Shown: positions 10,850 to 21,608 of the stretch, piece by piece | Layout of the letters: each line of letters begins with the position of its first letter | Numbering within the stretch: position 1 is the stretch's first letter | Origin: a bacterium | Lineage (GTDB): Bacteria > UBA10199 > 2-02-FULL-50-16 > JAJFLM01 | Assembly (NCBI GenBank): GCA_965216315.1 | Contig: CBDCFN010000016.1 | Span: 1,408,001 to 1,472,000, forward strand | Reading direction: 5' to 3' | DNA: 64,000 nt | Position numbers and translations under genes: made by a program | Notes under the pieces: generated by a model | What the model saw: only the letters and a program-made list of their open reading frames with translations | Databases searched by the model: none | What the model was told of the DNA's origin: nothing

Positions 10850-11824
10850 GTGGCTTTCATTTTTGGTTTCATCTCAGACATCCTCCTCCCGGAAAGTGCC
10901 TCGAGTACCGCACCAGAGGTCGATAAACTCTTTGTTTTCATCACCGTTATCAGCCTCATCGGCTTCGTCGGTCTGATGTGGACAATGATCGTCTTCATTA
11001 AGAAATACATCCGGCGCACCGAATATCAAAAAACTTCGAAATTAGCGCATCATAATACGCTGGAAGCTATCTGGATGATCATTCCGGCCATCATTTTTGT
11101 CGGAATCGCGCTCTGGGGATGGTATATCTACCACAAGCTCGACAATCCCCCCCCAAATGCCAAGATATTCCATGTCATCGGTAAACAATGGTCGTGGGAC
11201 TTCGCTTACTCTTACAAAGACAAGACTATTAAGACGCATAACAATCTCTATGTCCCCGTCGACGAAAATGTGGTCCTCGACATGACTTCAACCGATGTTG
11301 TTCACAGTCTGTTCATTCCCAACTTTCGGGTCAAAAAGGACGTACTCCCGGGTATGCGCACGCAAGTCTGGTTTAAAGCGACCAAACCGGGCAAGTATCC
11401 TATTCTCTGCACGGAGTACTGTGGAACGAAACACTCTAAAATGCTCGCAACAGTACATGTCCTCCGCAAAAGCGAATTCATCTTGTGGGCCAACAAAGAA
11501 TCAGGTGGAGCGGAAGGCATATCCTTTGCCGAGCTTGGCAAGAAACTCTATGCGGCCAAAGGATGCGATTCATGTCATACCGTCGATGGAACCCCTGACA
11601 TTGGGCCTTCCCTCAAGGACCTCTGGGGCATGCCACGAGAGTTTCAAGACGGTAGCAAACTCGAAGCCGTTGATGCGGAGTATATTCGTGAATCCCTGAT
11701 GGAACCTAAGGCTAAACTTGTCGTCGGCTTTAAGCCCAAAATGAATAGTTTCCAAGGACAATTGACAGAAGAAGAAGTCACTCAGCTCATCGAATACATC
11801 CGAAGTCTGGGTAAGGATAAATAA
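10850..11824 (+). CDS. coxB: Cytochrome c oxidase subunit II with fused cytochrome c (caa3 type)
   Basis: CuA motifs 'DVVHS' and 'CTEYCGTKHSKM'; haem c 'CDSCH'. Confidence 0.95.
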   Translation: MAFIFGFISDILLPESASSTAPEVDKLFVFITVISLIGFVGLMWTMIVFIKKYIRRTEYQKTSKLAHHNTLEAIWMIIPAIIFVGIALWGWYIYHKLDNPPPNAKIFHVIGKQWSWDFAYSYKDKTIKTHNNLYVPVDENVVLDMTSTDVVHSLFIPNFRVKKDVLPGMRTQVWFKATKPGKYPILCTEYCGTKHSKMLATVHVLRKSEFILWANKESGGAEGISFAELGKKLYAAKGCDSCHTVDGTPDIGPSLKDLWGMPREFQDGSKLEAVDAEYIRESLMEPKAKLVVGFKPKMNSFQGQLTEEEVTQLIEYIRSLGKDK

Positions 11825-11836
11825 GGAACCATAATA

Positions 11837-13426
11837 ATGTCTACCGGCACACCATCAACACTCAACTATCTTGAATGTGAAAAGGGCATCAAGTCCTGGC
11901 TCACGACCCTCGACCACAAAAGAATTGGGCTGCTTTATTTCTTCGCCGTGATGGCCTTTTTTGTGGTTGGCGGGCTCTTCGCCATTCTGTTGCGGCTGGA
12001 GTTGTTGACACCCGAAAGCCTTTTCATTTCCTCGGATACCTATAATACGTTAATGACGCTGCACGGCTCGGTCATGATATTTATGGTCATCATCCCGGGC
12101 ATCCCTGCCATTCTGGGCAATTTCTTTTTACCGATCCATATCGGCGCCAAAGATGTCGCCTTTCCGCGACTCAATCTCTTAAGCTGGTATCTCTTTATGA
12201 TCGGCGCCCTAATGGCGGTTCTTTCCATCTTTTTAGGGGGTGTCGATACAGGATGGACCTTCTACACTCCGTACAGCATCGAGACGGCCACAGCCGTCAC
12301 CGTAATCGTGGCCGGCGCCTTCATCATGGGATTTTCATCGATCCTGACAGGACTCAATTTTCTTGTCACTATTCATAAGCTGCGCGCACCCGGCATGACG
12401 ATGATGAAACTTCCGCTATTTGCATGGACCCTCTATTCAACGGCCATTATTCAGATTCTTGCCACACCGGTCCTTGCGATTACCTTGTTGCTGTTAATAG
12501 CGGAACGGCTTTTTGGCATCGGCTTTTTCGATCCAGCCCTGGGTGGAGATCCGGTCCTCTTTCAGCATTTCTTCTGGTTCTATTCACATCCCGCGGTTTA
12601 CATCATGATACTTCCCGCGATGGGGATTATCAGTGAAGTTATCACGACTTTCTCACAGCGGCCTATATTCGGATACAAGGCCATTGCCTTCTCCAGTGTC
12701 GCCATTGCACTGATTAGCTTTCTCGTCTGGGGCCATCACCTTTTTGTCAGCGGGCAATCGGAAATTGCAGGAGCTATATTTTCAGTACTCACCGTACTCG
12801 TCGGTGTCCCGACCGCAATCAAGCTCTTCAACTGGATTGCGACAATGTACAAGGGTTCCATCAAACTCGATACCCCCATGCTCTATGCCATCTCATTCCT
12901 ATCACTGTTCCTCATCGGGGGCCTGACAGGCCTTTTCCTGGCCGCCATGGCAACGGACGTTCACCTTCATGATACTTATTTTATCGTGGCACACTTTCAT
13001 TACACGATGGTCGGCGGGACGATGATGGGATTTCTGGCCGGATGTTTTTACTGGATTCCCAAGATCACGGGCAAGATGTATGATGAAGCGCTCGGGCGCA
13101 TTTCAGCCGGTCTCAGTTTTGCCGGCTTTAACATCACCTTTATTCCGCAATTTATCATGGGCAGCCTCGGCATGCCGCGGCGCTATCACCTGTATGACCC
13201 CCAATTCAAGCCCTATCATTACACTTCGACTATCGGCTCATGGGTCATGGGGATCGGATTTTTATTGGCCGCCTATGTCCTCTTTAAAGCGTTTTTTCGT
13301 GGCAAAAAGGCACCCGCAAATCCTTGGAAAGGCACGACGTTGGAATGGACGATACCCTCGCCTCCGACACATCACAACTTTGAAGTGACACCGACAATCC
13401 CGGGAAAGGTTTATGACTACCACTAA
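11837..13426 (+). CDS. coxA: Cytochrome c oxidase subunit I (A2 type)
   Basis: 'GWTFY', 'YSHPAVY', 'WGHH', 'AHFHY', 'GMPRR'. Confidence 0.97.
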   Translation: MSTGTPSTLNYLECEKGIKSWLTTLDHKRIGLLYFFAVMAFFVVGGLFAILLRLELLTPESLFISSDTYNTLMTLHGSVMIFMVIIPGIPAILGNFFLPIHIGAKDVAFPRLNLLSWYLFMIGALMAVLSIFLGGVDTGWTFYTPYSIETATAVTVIVAGAFIMGFSSILTGLNFLVTIHKLRAPGMTMMKLPLFAWTLYSTAIIQILATPVLAITLLLLIAERLFGIGFFDPALGGDPVLFQHFFWFYSHPAVYIMILPAMGIISEVITTFSQRPIFGYKAIAFSSVAIALISFLVWGHHLFVSGQSEIAGAIFSVLTVLVGVPTAIKLFNWIATMYKGSIKLDTPMLYAISFLSLFLIGGLTGLFLAAMATDVHLHDTYFIVAHFHYTMVGGTMMGFLAGCFYWIPKITGKMYDEALGRISAGLSFAGFNITFIPQFIMGSLGMPRRYHLYDPQFKPYHYTSTIGSWVMGIGFLLAAYVLFKAFFRGKKAPANPWKGTTLEWTIPSPPTHHNFEVTPTIPGKVYDYH

Positions 13427-14060
13427 GACTGCAGAACAAAGAGAGCTTCCGCATCACTTCGACAGTGCGGAGCAAGAATATGAGTCCGGCAAGATCGGGA
13501 TCTGGCTCTTTCTCATCACCGAGATCCTCATGTTCAGCGGCCTCTTCGTCGGCTATGCCATCTATCGCACGCTCTACCCCGAGGCCTGGAGCGCAGGCAG
13601 CGCCCTCTTAGATGTCCGCCTCGGAGGCCTGAATACCGTCGTCCTGATCTCAAGTTCACTCTCGATGGCACTCGCGGTGAATTTCACGCAGCGCGGCCAA
13701 ATCAAAAAGGCCATCCCGAGCCTGGTAATTACCTTGCTACTGGCCGGCACCTTTATGGTCATTAAATACTTTGAATATGCCCATAAGTTTCATGATGGGT
13801 TATTGCCGGGGCCTTTCTTTACTTACGAAGGCGGCGTCGAGAATCTAAAACTGTTCTTTGGGGCCTATTTCGGCATGACGGGCTTACATGGGATTCACGT
13901 TCTCATCGGAATGGCGTTGATTACGTGGACGCTGATTCGTTTAAAACGAGGACAGTTCGGACCTAATTATTATTTACCGTTGGAAGGGGTCGGCCTATAT
14001 TGGCATATCGTCGATATCTTTTGGATCTACCTTTTTCCCCTGCTTTATTTGATTGGCTAG
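13413..14060 (+). CDS. coxC: Cytochrome c oxidase subunit III
   Basis: '[11 protein letters not shown]', 'TGLHGIHV', 'YWHIVD'. Confidence 0.95.
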   Translation: MTTTKTAEQRELPHHFDSAEQEYESGKIGIWLFLITEILMFSGLFVGYAIYRTLYPEAWSAGSALLDVRLGGLNTVVLISSSLSMALAVNFTQRGQIKKAIPSLVITLLLAGTFMVIKYFEYAHKFHDGLLPGPFFTYEGGVENLKLFFGAYFGMTGLHGIHVLIGMALITWTLIRLKRGQFGPNYYLPLEGVGLYWHIVDIFWIYLFPLLYLIG

Positions 14061-14072
14061 TGGAGTGAAACT

Positions 14073-14357
14073 ATGAGTGACAACGCCCATCATATCGTCC
14101 CGATCAAGACCAACCTCTTGGTCTTTGCAACCCTGCTCTGCTTGACCGCCGTTACGGTTTGGGTCGCCCAACTCGACTTCGGGATCATGAATATCGTCGT
14201 CGCGATGCTCGTCGCCAGCGTGAAGGCCGTGCTCGTCTTCCTCTGGTTCATGCACCTCCGTTACGATAGCTGGGCCAACCGCGTGATCCTGTTCACCGGC
14301 GTCTTCTTCGCGATCATCTTTTATGCCCTGACCGCCGTCGATGTCTTCACGCGCTAA
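14073..14357 (+). CDS. Cytochrome c oxidase subunit IV
   Basis: Three TM helices, 'KAVLVFLWFMHL' motif; end of cox operon. Confidence 0.9.
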   Translation: MSDNAHHIVPIKTNLLVFATLLCLTAVTVWVAQLDFGIMNIVVAMLVASVKAVLVFLWFMHLRYDSWANRVILFTGVFFAIIFYALTAVDVFTR

Positions 14358-14529
14358 TAGCATATAAATTCTCCTTTAAATTCAGGCTACTAAGAGGTTT
14401 TCCTAACCTGAACTGCGCGATACGCATTTATTCATCACCTCCAAGAAAGCTAGCAACTTGTTGCCCTCCAAACCGAAGAATCCGGCGGGTCATTCGGTAC
14501 TAACGGTTTATCCTTAAGGGAGGGTCTTC

Positions 14530-16134
14530 ATGCTGCCACTGTCATCCACAGCACTTGCACAACAATCATTACTCGCTAGCGGGGGCATCGCCCAGAACCC
14601 CATCGTTCAGGCGATCTTTGCGCAGAATCGATATTCTTCACAGCAACCAAACAACGGATTACTCGCCCAAATGGAAAATCCGGCCAATGGTTTTGACCCG
14701 TTCAAAACGGAAAGCGGCACCGAAGTTCGCTTTGTGCCTAATCCCAGTCAATTAGGCATCCCTTTCGGCGCGCAACTGGCGGCCAACTGGCATAACAGTT
14801 TGGGCATCGTTTTATTCCGCAATGCAGAAGTCGATCAATTTGGCGCCATTGCCATCCACGGACTGCGCCGCAACAGCTGGAGCGAAATCCCTACCCCCGC
14901 CGGCCGCGACTACGTATGGCAGGCCTTAGGCGGGTGCATGGCCTTCACCGACGAGCACTTCGAAGGAAACGCGGCAGACGATGCCGCAATTCGATACGCC
15001 TTATCGACGGTTCTCGATAAGGCCATGGCAATGACCCCCAAATGGCAGTTTATTGACGATTCACTCCGCAATGCCGGTCATCAAATCACGACCGACCTCG
15101 GCGGAGCCAAATCCGTTCACCTGCACCAGCCCGGTAATGACGCCAAACGGGCATCGATCGCCGTTGTCGGCGAGGTCGCCAGCATTATTGGTGCCTACAT
15201 TGCCGGTGCTGACCAAAACATGGGTGGTGAGTGGAGCAATGAATTAGGTCGCCATGCCCCCATCAACTTCATGGGAGCCACAACAACTCACGAACTTTAT
15301 CGTGGCATGGATAATCCCAGCCCTTGGACCGCCATGGGCACCTATGAAGGACTCAAAGCAGCGCGGGACAAGATCATGGCCGGCCGCAAGGTTCCGATTT
15401 TTTTCCAGGGATATGGTGGCGTCGGTAGTCGCATGGTCGCACTCGCCACAGATGACGGCCACCAAGTCGCCGGCATCAGTGAGGTCTTTCTCGCTCCTTT
15501 ATTAAGGGCCCGTAAAGACGGAGTAACGGCCCCACTCTTTCTCGACGTCTCGGGGATGAACCCCAGCGAACTCACGGATGCCACGGAAGACGCTGAAGGC
15601 TACGACATCACCTTCGTCAACAGCCTCCAAGAAGCGATCTCGAGAGTCCCTAATCATCTAAAACCCCGCATCTTTTCACCGAATGCCGGGGCGCATCCGC
15701 TCACGCGTGATGTCGCCCACTTCATTGTCGAAGATACGGACATTCGGATTATCGTGGGGGCGGCTAACAACATGCTGGGGCTCATCAATGGATCTCCCGA
15801 ACCCATTGCCTGGTATCTACAAAACAATGAGGTCTATCTTTCTAATGATTCAGCCACCAATCGCATGGGGGCGCTCTCCGTCACGGTTAAGAAAATTGGC
15901 CTCGATGAAGCCGGACTCGAAGCTCAAGTCCGTCGCGTTGGCATTGGGCGCCAGAATGAAATCGACGAGGGTTTTCTGCGGGGAGTTCCGCCCCAATTGT
16001 ACGCGGACCGGCAGGCTCAAAAGGCTTGGAATCAACTACTCCATGAAGGACTTGCCGTCGGTGGTTATTTCTACACGCATCCGATTGCACCGCCATCCGA
16101 TGAAGACCTAAAGAAACTGATGGGAATTGCCTAA
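14530..16134 (+). CDS. Divergent Leu/Val/Phe dehydrogenase-family protein with N-terminal extension
   Basis: Collinear motifs 'ALGG', 'MTPK', 'LGGAKSV', 'NPSPWTAMG', 'QGYGGVG', 'IVGAANN'; GGGAGG RBS. Confidence 0.7.
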   Translation: MLPLSSTALAQQSLLASGGIAQNPIVQAIFAQNRYSSQQPNNGLLAQMENPANGFDPFKTESGTEVRFVPNPSQLGIPFGAQLAANWHNSLGIVLFRNAEVDQFGAIAIHGLRRNSWSEIPTPAGRDYVWQALGGCMAFTDEHFEGNAADDAAIRYALSTVLDKAMAMTPKWQFIDDSLRNAGHQITTDLGGAKSVHLHQPGNDAKRASIAVVGEVASIIGAYIAGADQNMGGEWSNELGRHAPINFMGATTTHELYRGMDNPSPWTAMGTYEGLKAARDKIMAGRKVPIFFQGYGGVGSRMVALATDDGHQVAGISEVFLAPLLRARKDGVTAPLFLDVSGMNPSELTDATEDAEGYDITFVNSLQEAISRVPNHLKPRIFSPNAGAHPLTRDVAHFIVEDTDIRIIVGAANNMLGLINGSPEPIAWYLQNNEVYLSNDSATNRMGALSVTVKKIGLDEAGLEAQVRRVGIGRQNEIDEGFLRGVPPQLYADRQAQKAWNQLLHEGLAVGGYFYTHPIAPPSDEDLKKLMGIA

Positions 16135-16249
16135 CCGGCACCTAATGGAGCGCGTTGACCCACGTCAACAGATTTAAGTCGGTCCCACTTGACTGAACGC
16201 CCTCACCGCGTTAGCGCCATGGTTTCACTTCATTTATTAGGAGGGAATC

Positions 16250-16759
16250 ATGGAATTCAACGGCGTCACGATTGAAAAATATGCCGACCTTTGTGCCTTA
16301 ATGGCGGACACGGCCGGCGACGAATCCAAAGAAATTGCTATTGCCGAAGCCAACGGCGTCACCGGCAATGATTGGCTCGAAGCCAAAAAGAGTTTCACCG
16401 CCCAAATGAGCGATCCCAACGACATGGGTAAAACCGCCCTGGCCTTCATGCCCCTCTATCAAGCCGCCCAAGACCGACTCCGTGGCGGTGGTGAACCCTG
16501 TAGCCTGGAAACCTATTCCAAGGTCCACGCCGAAATGGCCTTTCGTAAAAACCCGGACAATCCGGAAGAAAAAATCGATTTTATGATCGTGCTCAACGAA
16601 CATGGTTTCGAACATCATAAATGGCTCGAGTGCGAAGGTTATTGGACGCCGCGCGTCTCCGACCCACAGAACGAAAAATTTGATCAAGCACTCGCCACGC
16701 GCTTCTCCGCACAGATCCAGCAAGAGTCAGATCGTATCCTAGGCATTCAACGCGACTAA
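16250..16759 (+). CDS. Hypothetical acidic protein
   Basis: AGGAGG RBS; 169-aa ORF with two loosely repeated helical units. Confidence 0.7.
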   Translation: MEFNGVTIEKYADLCALMADTAGDESKEIAIAEANGVTGNDWLEAKKSFTAQMSDPNDMGKTALAFMPLYQAAQDRLRGGGEPCSLETYSKVHAEMAFRKNPDNPEEKIDFMIVLNEHGFEHHKWLECEGYWTPRVSDPQNEKFDQALATRFSAQIQQESDRILGIQRD

Positions 16760-16818
16760 TCGGGATTTCCGAAGAGATTCTCTTGAGTTATCGCTTAAGA
16801 TGCGCTACCTAGCTCGTC

Positions 16819-19800
16819 TTGCTTATGCATTTCCGATGCGCGAAATGTCTTTCTCTGGCCCTCTTCTTGCTGCTCGCAGCGATCGGGGTCTCTCATGCGG
16901 CTACCCGTAATTCTAATGATGTCGCGATTCCGGAGCCACTTCGACCCTGGGTAGACTGGGTCCTTAAAGACGATGCCCAGTGCCCGTATCTTCAAGGGGC
17001 CGAAGGGGAATATCGCTGCACTTGGGCCTCACGACTGGACCTCTCGATCACGGCCAAGGGAGGCCAGTTTTCACAACGCTGGCACGTCTACGACGATAGT
17101 TGGATTCCGCTGCCGGGTAACGAGGACCATTGGCCTCAAAATGTTAAGGTCGACAAGAGCGACGGCGTCGTCCTCACGGAAAACAATCAACCTTTTCTCT
17201 ATCTCAAGCCCGGCAACTATACGATCAGCGGGAGTTTCAGTTGGGACCGAGCCCCGGAATCCTTTCAAATCCCGCCCGACACTGGGTTGCTCAGTCTCAA
17301 ATTCAAGGGCAAAGCCGTTCCCTTTCCTAAACTCGAAGAAGATGGACTGATCTGGTTGCAAAAGACCGAGGAAGAGACCGAGCAGGAAAATCGGCTCGAA
17401 CTGCGCGTCTACCGCAAGTTGATCGATGAGATCCCTTTTAATCTCACGACTCAATTAACGCTTAATGTCTCGGGCCAAATGCGCGAAGTCATCCTCGATC
17501 AGGTCCTGCCGAAAGGCTTTATCCCGATGACCTTAGTCAGTTCGCTCCCGGCGCGCCTCGAAAAAGATGGGCGTCTGAGGATTCAGGTCAAGGCCGGAGA
17601 ATGGACGGTGACGTTGGGCGCGCGACACCGCGGCCCCTTGAGTCAGCTCGCGTTTACCGCGAAAAAAGCCCCCTGGCCGGAGGAAGAATTATGGGTCTTC
17701 GAGGCCCGCAACGACCTCCGACTCGTCTGGGTCGAGGGAGTCCCCTCCATTGACCCCCAACAAACCACCTTGCCGAGCCGCTGGAAAAAGCTTCCGGCCT
17801 ATCGGTTGACCAAAGGTAAAGCCTTAAAGTTTGTTGAAAAGCGGCGCGGCGATTCGGATCCTTCTCCCGATCAAATGACGCTCTACCGCAAGTGGTGGCT
17901 TGATTTTAACGGGGGTGGCTTCACGATTCACGATGAAATCTCCGGTACACTCAATCGGAGCTGGCGCCTGGAAATGAATCCTCCTCTCCAACTCGGACGC
18001 ATTTCGGTCGACGGCAAAGACCAATTCATTACACAGCTCCCCGATAGTGACAAAATTGGGGTCGAGATCCGTCGGGGCCACTCAAACATCAGTGCCGATA
18101 GCCGCATCGACCAGGGTATTCGCAAACTGTCTGCCGTCGGCTGGGACCATGACTTTCAAAGCGTCTCCGGCATCCTCCACATCCCGCCGGGCTGGCGGCT
18201 GTTTAACGTGACCGGTGTCGACCGCGTCTCCGATAGCTGGATCGAGCGCTGGACCCTGCTTGACATCTTCCTCGTCCTCATTATCGCACTCTCTTTTATG
18301 AAACTGTGGGGAATTCGTTGGGGACTCACCGCTTTACTGACGCTCGTCTTGACCTTTCTTGAAAAGGATGCCCCTCAATGGATCTGGCTCGCCATCGTGT
18401 TGGGCTATGCGATTTTACGACTCATATCAAAAGGGAAATTTTACAAATTCATCCAGGCCTACAAGATCGTCACGTTACTGCTCCTGTTTATTTTTGCCAT
18501 TCCTTTTATGGTCACGCAGATCCGGACCGCTATTTACCCGGCATTGGAATATAAATATCGAACCATTCGTGCTGAGACGAGTGTCCCTTACAAAAGGAAA
18601 ATGAGGGCCCACAAACCACCCCCGCCCCCGGCACCGGTTTTGGCTCAACCACAGGCCGACGGTGCCGCCATGGAAAGCGGTGATTTATTAGATGCGGAAC
18701 TCGCCCCGAAGGAAGAAAAACGAGTTGAACGACGCCTCATACCGAGCAGCGGCTTTATTCAGAAATCGAGTCAGTATAATTATTACGCAAGCCGCCAACA
18801 AAATTTCCAGAAACAACGGCCCGGAGCGAAAGTACAAACGGGACCGGGTCTTCCGCGCTGGAGCTGGAATCAAGTCGATCTCAAATGGAACGGCCCCGTT
18901 GAAAAAACGCAGCAAATCCGTTTTGTCTTGTTATCCCCTTTAGTAAATTTGATCTTGGCTTTTGTCCGTGTTTTACTCCTCGTCCTCCTCCTCATTTGTG
19001 TCCTCAATATTCCGCCCGAGACCTGGCGCAAACTCAGAAAAGCGCGCGTTGCGAGTTTCTTGCTGGCTCTATTCGTAGGAGCCTCGCTGTTGTTCCCTCA
19101 AAGTGCGCAGGCCGAATTTCCGTCCGACAAATTACTGCAAGAGCTGCACGATCGTTTAACGGAGGATCCGGAGTGTTTTCCGGAGTGTTTTTCTATCTCT
19201 AAAATGCAGTTGGAGGTGACATCTCACCAGATAAAGGCGCGGCTGCAAGTGAGCGCCCAAGATCTCGGCGCCATTCCGCTGCCGGGGAGCGCAAAAGAGT
19301 GGGCACCCGCGGAAATTACCGTCGATGGCCGCAACGATGTGGGTGTTATTCGGGAAGATGACGGGCACCTTTGGATTGAAGTCACGCCGGGTGTCCACCA
19401 GATCACCATTTCCGGACCAATCAGCGAGCAAGAAACGATTCAGATTCCGCTGCCGTTGAAGCCGCATCACTTAGCCGCTCAGGTCGCCGGCTGGACCTTG
19501 GAAGGCCTCCACGAGGATGGTCAAGTTGACAACACCCTGCAGCTGACGCGTCAGCAAACTCTTGCCAAGGCGAAACGAGGTGCCAGCGCCGCCCAATTGG
19601 GAGGCCTGACCCCATTCGTTATGATACACCGTGAGCTCAGTCTCGGCCTTAATTGGGAGGTCCAGACCCGCATTGTGCGCATGAGTCCGACGGGAACACC
19701 GATCGTCCTGGCCGTTCCCTTACTCCCGGGTGAATCCGTCATCACGGCCGGAACCCGGGTCGAAAACCGCAAGGTCCAAGTCAACATGGCTCCCAATGTA

Positions 19801-20976
19801 TCGGAAGTCGTCTGGCGTTCGGTATTAAAACAAGGACCGGCCATTCAACTGCGCGCCGACAATGAAATATCATTTATGGAGCGTTGGATGGTCGATGTCA
19901 GCCCCGTCTGGCACGTCAAATTCGGGGGCATTCCGGTTATTCATCCGCAACAGGAAGAGTTGAAATGGATACCTGAATGGCGGCCTTGGCCAGGAGAACA
20001 GGTTAAAATCAGTGTCATCCGCCCGGAAGGTGTCGCCGGTGAAACCCTCACCATCGACCGCAGTTTGCTCGAAGTACAACCCGGCCTACGTTTCACGAAA
20101 ACGCAACTGTCGCTGGAACTAAGAAGTAGTTTGGGCAGCCAACATGTACTGACTCTCCCAGCGGGATCTCAACTCCAATCGGTATCCATCAACAATAAAG
20201 TCCACCCGATCCGCATGGAAGGCAATAAGCTGACGATTCCCATTGTACCCGGCAAACAAAACATCAAAATAGAGTGGCAGCAGTCAGGAGGCATACAATC
20301 TTTTTTTAAGGCCCCTGCCATCGATTTAGGGTCCTCCAGCGTCAACAGCCTGGTTCACTTTAAGATGCCGCATAACCGCTGGATACTGTTTGTCTGGGGC
20401 CCCCGACTCGGCCCCGCCGTGATGTTTTGGTCTCTCTTGGCGGTCCTGCTCATCTTCTCTATCGGCCTGAGTCGCGTCGATTGGACACCATTGCGCTTTC
20501 GCCATTGGTTTTTCTTAGGTATCGGTATCACGCAATTCCCTGAGATACCGATTGTCGCCGCCGTCTTCCTCGTTGGTTGGTTTTTGCTGCTCGGCTGGCG
20601 CCGAAGAACACCGAACATGGGGAATATCGCGTTTAATCTGCGGCAAATCGTCCTCGCGATATACAGTCTATTAGCGCTACTCGCCCTCTTTGCGGCCATT
20701 CACCAAGGACTTCTTGGGCAGCCGGAGATGCAGATCGCCGGCAATGGTTCCCGTGCAAGCCTATTGCGTTGGTTCCAAGATCGCAGTCTCTCCGAACTCC
20801 CCCGACCCTGGGCGATTTCGATTCCCCTCTTCTATTATCGCATCGCGATGCTGGGCTGGGCGCTCTGGATCGCCTTTGCCCTGATGCGCTGGCTTAAATG
20901 GGGCTGGCAATGCTTCTCCGAGCAAGGCCTATGGAAGTCTTTCAATCTTGTTCGCAAGGATGCGAATAAATCTTAA
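16819..20976 (+). CDS. Large multi-domain integral membrane protein of unknown function
   Basis: 1385-aa ORF; signal peptide, two beta-rich soluble regions, two multi-TM blocks. Confidence 0.8.
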   Translation: MLMHFRCAKCLSLALFLLLAAIGVSHAATRNSNDVAIPEPLRPWVDWVLKDDAQCPYLQGAEGEYRCTWASRLDLSITAKGGQFSQRWHVYDDSWIPLPGNEDHWPQNVKVDKSDGVVLTENNQPFLYLKPGNYTISGSFSWDRAPESFQIPPDTGLLSLKFKGKAVPFPKLEEDGLIWLQKTEEETEQENRLELRVYRKLIDEIPFNLTTQLTLNVSGQMREVILDQVLPKGFIPMTLVSSLPARLEKDGRLRIQVKAGEWTVTLGARHRGPLSQLAFTAKKAPWPEEELWVFEARNDLRLVWVEGVPSIDPQQTTLPSRWKKLPAYRLTKGKALKFVEKRRGDSDPSPDQMTLYRKWWLDFNGGGFTIHDEISGTLNRSWRLEMNPPLQLGRISVDGKDQFITQLPDSDKIGVEIRRGHSNISADSRIDQGIRKLSAVGWDHDFQSVSGILHIPPGWRLFNVTGVDRVSDSWIERWTLLDIFLVLIIALSFMKLWGIRWGLTALLTLVLTFLEKDAPQWIWLAIVLGYAILRLISKGKFYKFIQAYKIVTLLLLFIFAIPFMVTQIRTAIYPALEYKYRTIRAETSVPYKRKMRAHKPPPPPAPVLAQPQADGAAMESGDLLDAELAPKEEKRVERRLIPSSGFIQKSSQYNYYASRQQNFQKQRPGAKVQTGPGLPRWSWNQVDLKWNGPVEKTQQIRFVLLSPLVNLILAFVRVLLLVLLLICVLNIPPETWRKLRKARVASFLLALFVGASLLFPQSAQAEFPSDKLLQELHDRLTEDPECFPECFSISKMQLEVTSHQIKARLQVSAQDLGAIPLPGSAKEWAPAEITVDGRNDVGVIREDDGHLWIEVTPGVHQITISGPISEQETIQIPLPLKPHHLAAQVAGWTLEGLHEDGQVDNTLQLTRQQTLAKAKRGASAAQLGGLTPFVMIHRELSLGLNWEVQTRIVRMSPTGTPIVLAVPLLPGESVITAGTRVENRKVQVNMAPNVSEVVWRSVLKQGPAIQLRADNEISFMERWMVDVSPVWHVKFGGIPVIHPQQEELKWIPEWRPWPGEQVKISVIRPEGVAGETLTIDRSLLEVQPGLRFTKTQLSLELRSSLGSQHVLTLPAGSQLQSVSINNKVHPIRMEGNKLTIPIVPGKQNIKIEWQQSGGIQSFFKAPAIDLGSSSVNSLVHFKMPHNRWILFVWGPRLGPAVMFWSLLAVLLIFSIGLSRVDWTPLRFRHWFFLGIGITQFPEIPIVAAVFLVGWFLLLGWRRRTPNMGNIAFNLRQIVLAIYSLLALLALFAAIHQGLLGQPEMQIAGNGSRASLLRWFQDRSLSELPRPWAISIPLFYYRIAMLGWALWIAFALMRWLKWGWQCFSEQGLWKSFNLVRKDANKS

Positions 20977-20985
20977 GCTGACGCG

Positions 20986-21603
20986 TTACAACTTGCCCTT
21001 GACGTACAGTAAAGCGAGCTTGGGATAGTACACTCCAATGACGAGAGCAATCTCCAGCAGATAGGCGTGAAAGCGAAAGTTTTCCCATGATAAGGACTTG
21101 CCATCTGTAGCAACGTCCGCTCCGAGCAGGAAAAAATAGGCCATACAAATAAGAAAAGGGATCGCAATTAAGATCAATACCAAGATGCGAAGTAAGGTTT
21201 TATCCGCGTTACCTGCCGCCAAATAAGCGACGCCCACTAGAAAACAGATATTCAGTCCGAGATAATACGCGGTCCCATGCATCGTTGCTTCGAGCAGCAC
21301 CGAGTCGACCGATCGCCAAAAGACGCTGTAAATAATAAAGACTACAAACGGGATCAACATGATGAGATTATCCGCGACTCGCCGTGGATAGTATTCTTTA
21401 TAAAGAATTCCGGCATAAACCGCGGTTATGGGGAGAACCACAAAAAGGAATGATAAGCGCGTGACCATTCCGAAAATCGTATCGAAATAATCGAAACGCG
21501 AGCGCCACAGCGCGTAAAAAAGCAATGATCCTAAAGGGAGCACGACGCTAATCAGAAAATTAACATTGCGAAGTGTATTCCTGAGCGCATTTGGAGCCGG
21601 CAT
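20986..21603 (-). CDS. Hypothetical polytopic membrane protein
   Basis: About 6 hydrophobic helices; start chosen just after recG stop. Confidence 0.65.
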   Translation of the reverse strand: MPAPNALRNTLRNVNFLISVVLPLGSLLFYALWRSRFDYFDTIFGMVTRLSFLFVVLPITAVYAGILYKEYYPRRVADNLIMLIPFVVFIIYSVFWRSVDSVLLEATMHGTAYYLGLNICFLVGVAYLAAGNADKTLLRILVLILIAIPFLICMAYFFLLGADVATDGKSLSWENFRFHAYLLEIALVIGVYYPKLALLYVKGKL

Positions 21604-21608
21604 CAATA

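Noticed and set aside
9995..14357. Cox operon as a novelty (YS motif, fused cytochrome c, no haem A synthase nearby)
   Set aside because: A2-type caa3 oxidases with this layout are well known; haem synthesis genes may lie elsewhere
14453..14480. Sigma28-like motif upstream of the dehydrogenase-like gene (CAAC-N14-ACCGAAGA)
   Set aside because: Spacer is shorter and the -10 poorer than in the four accepted copies
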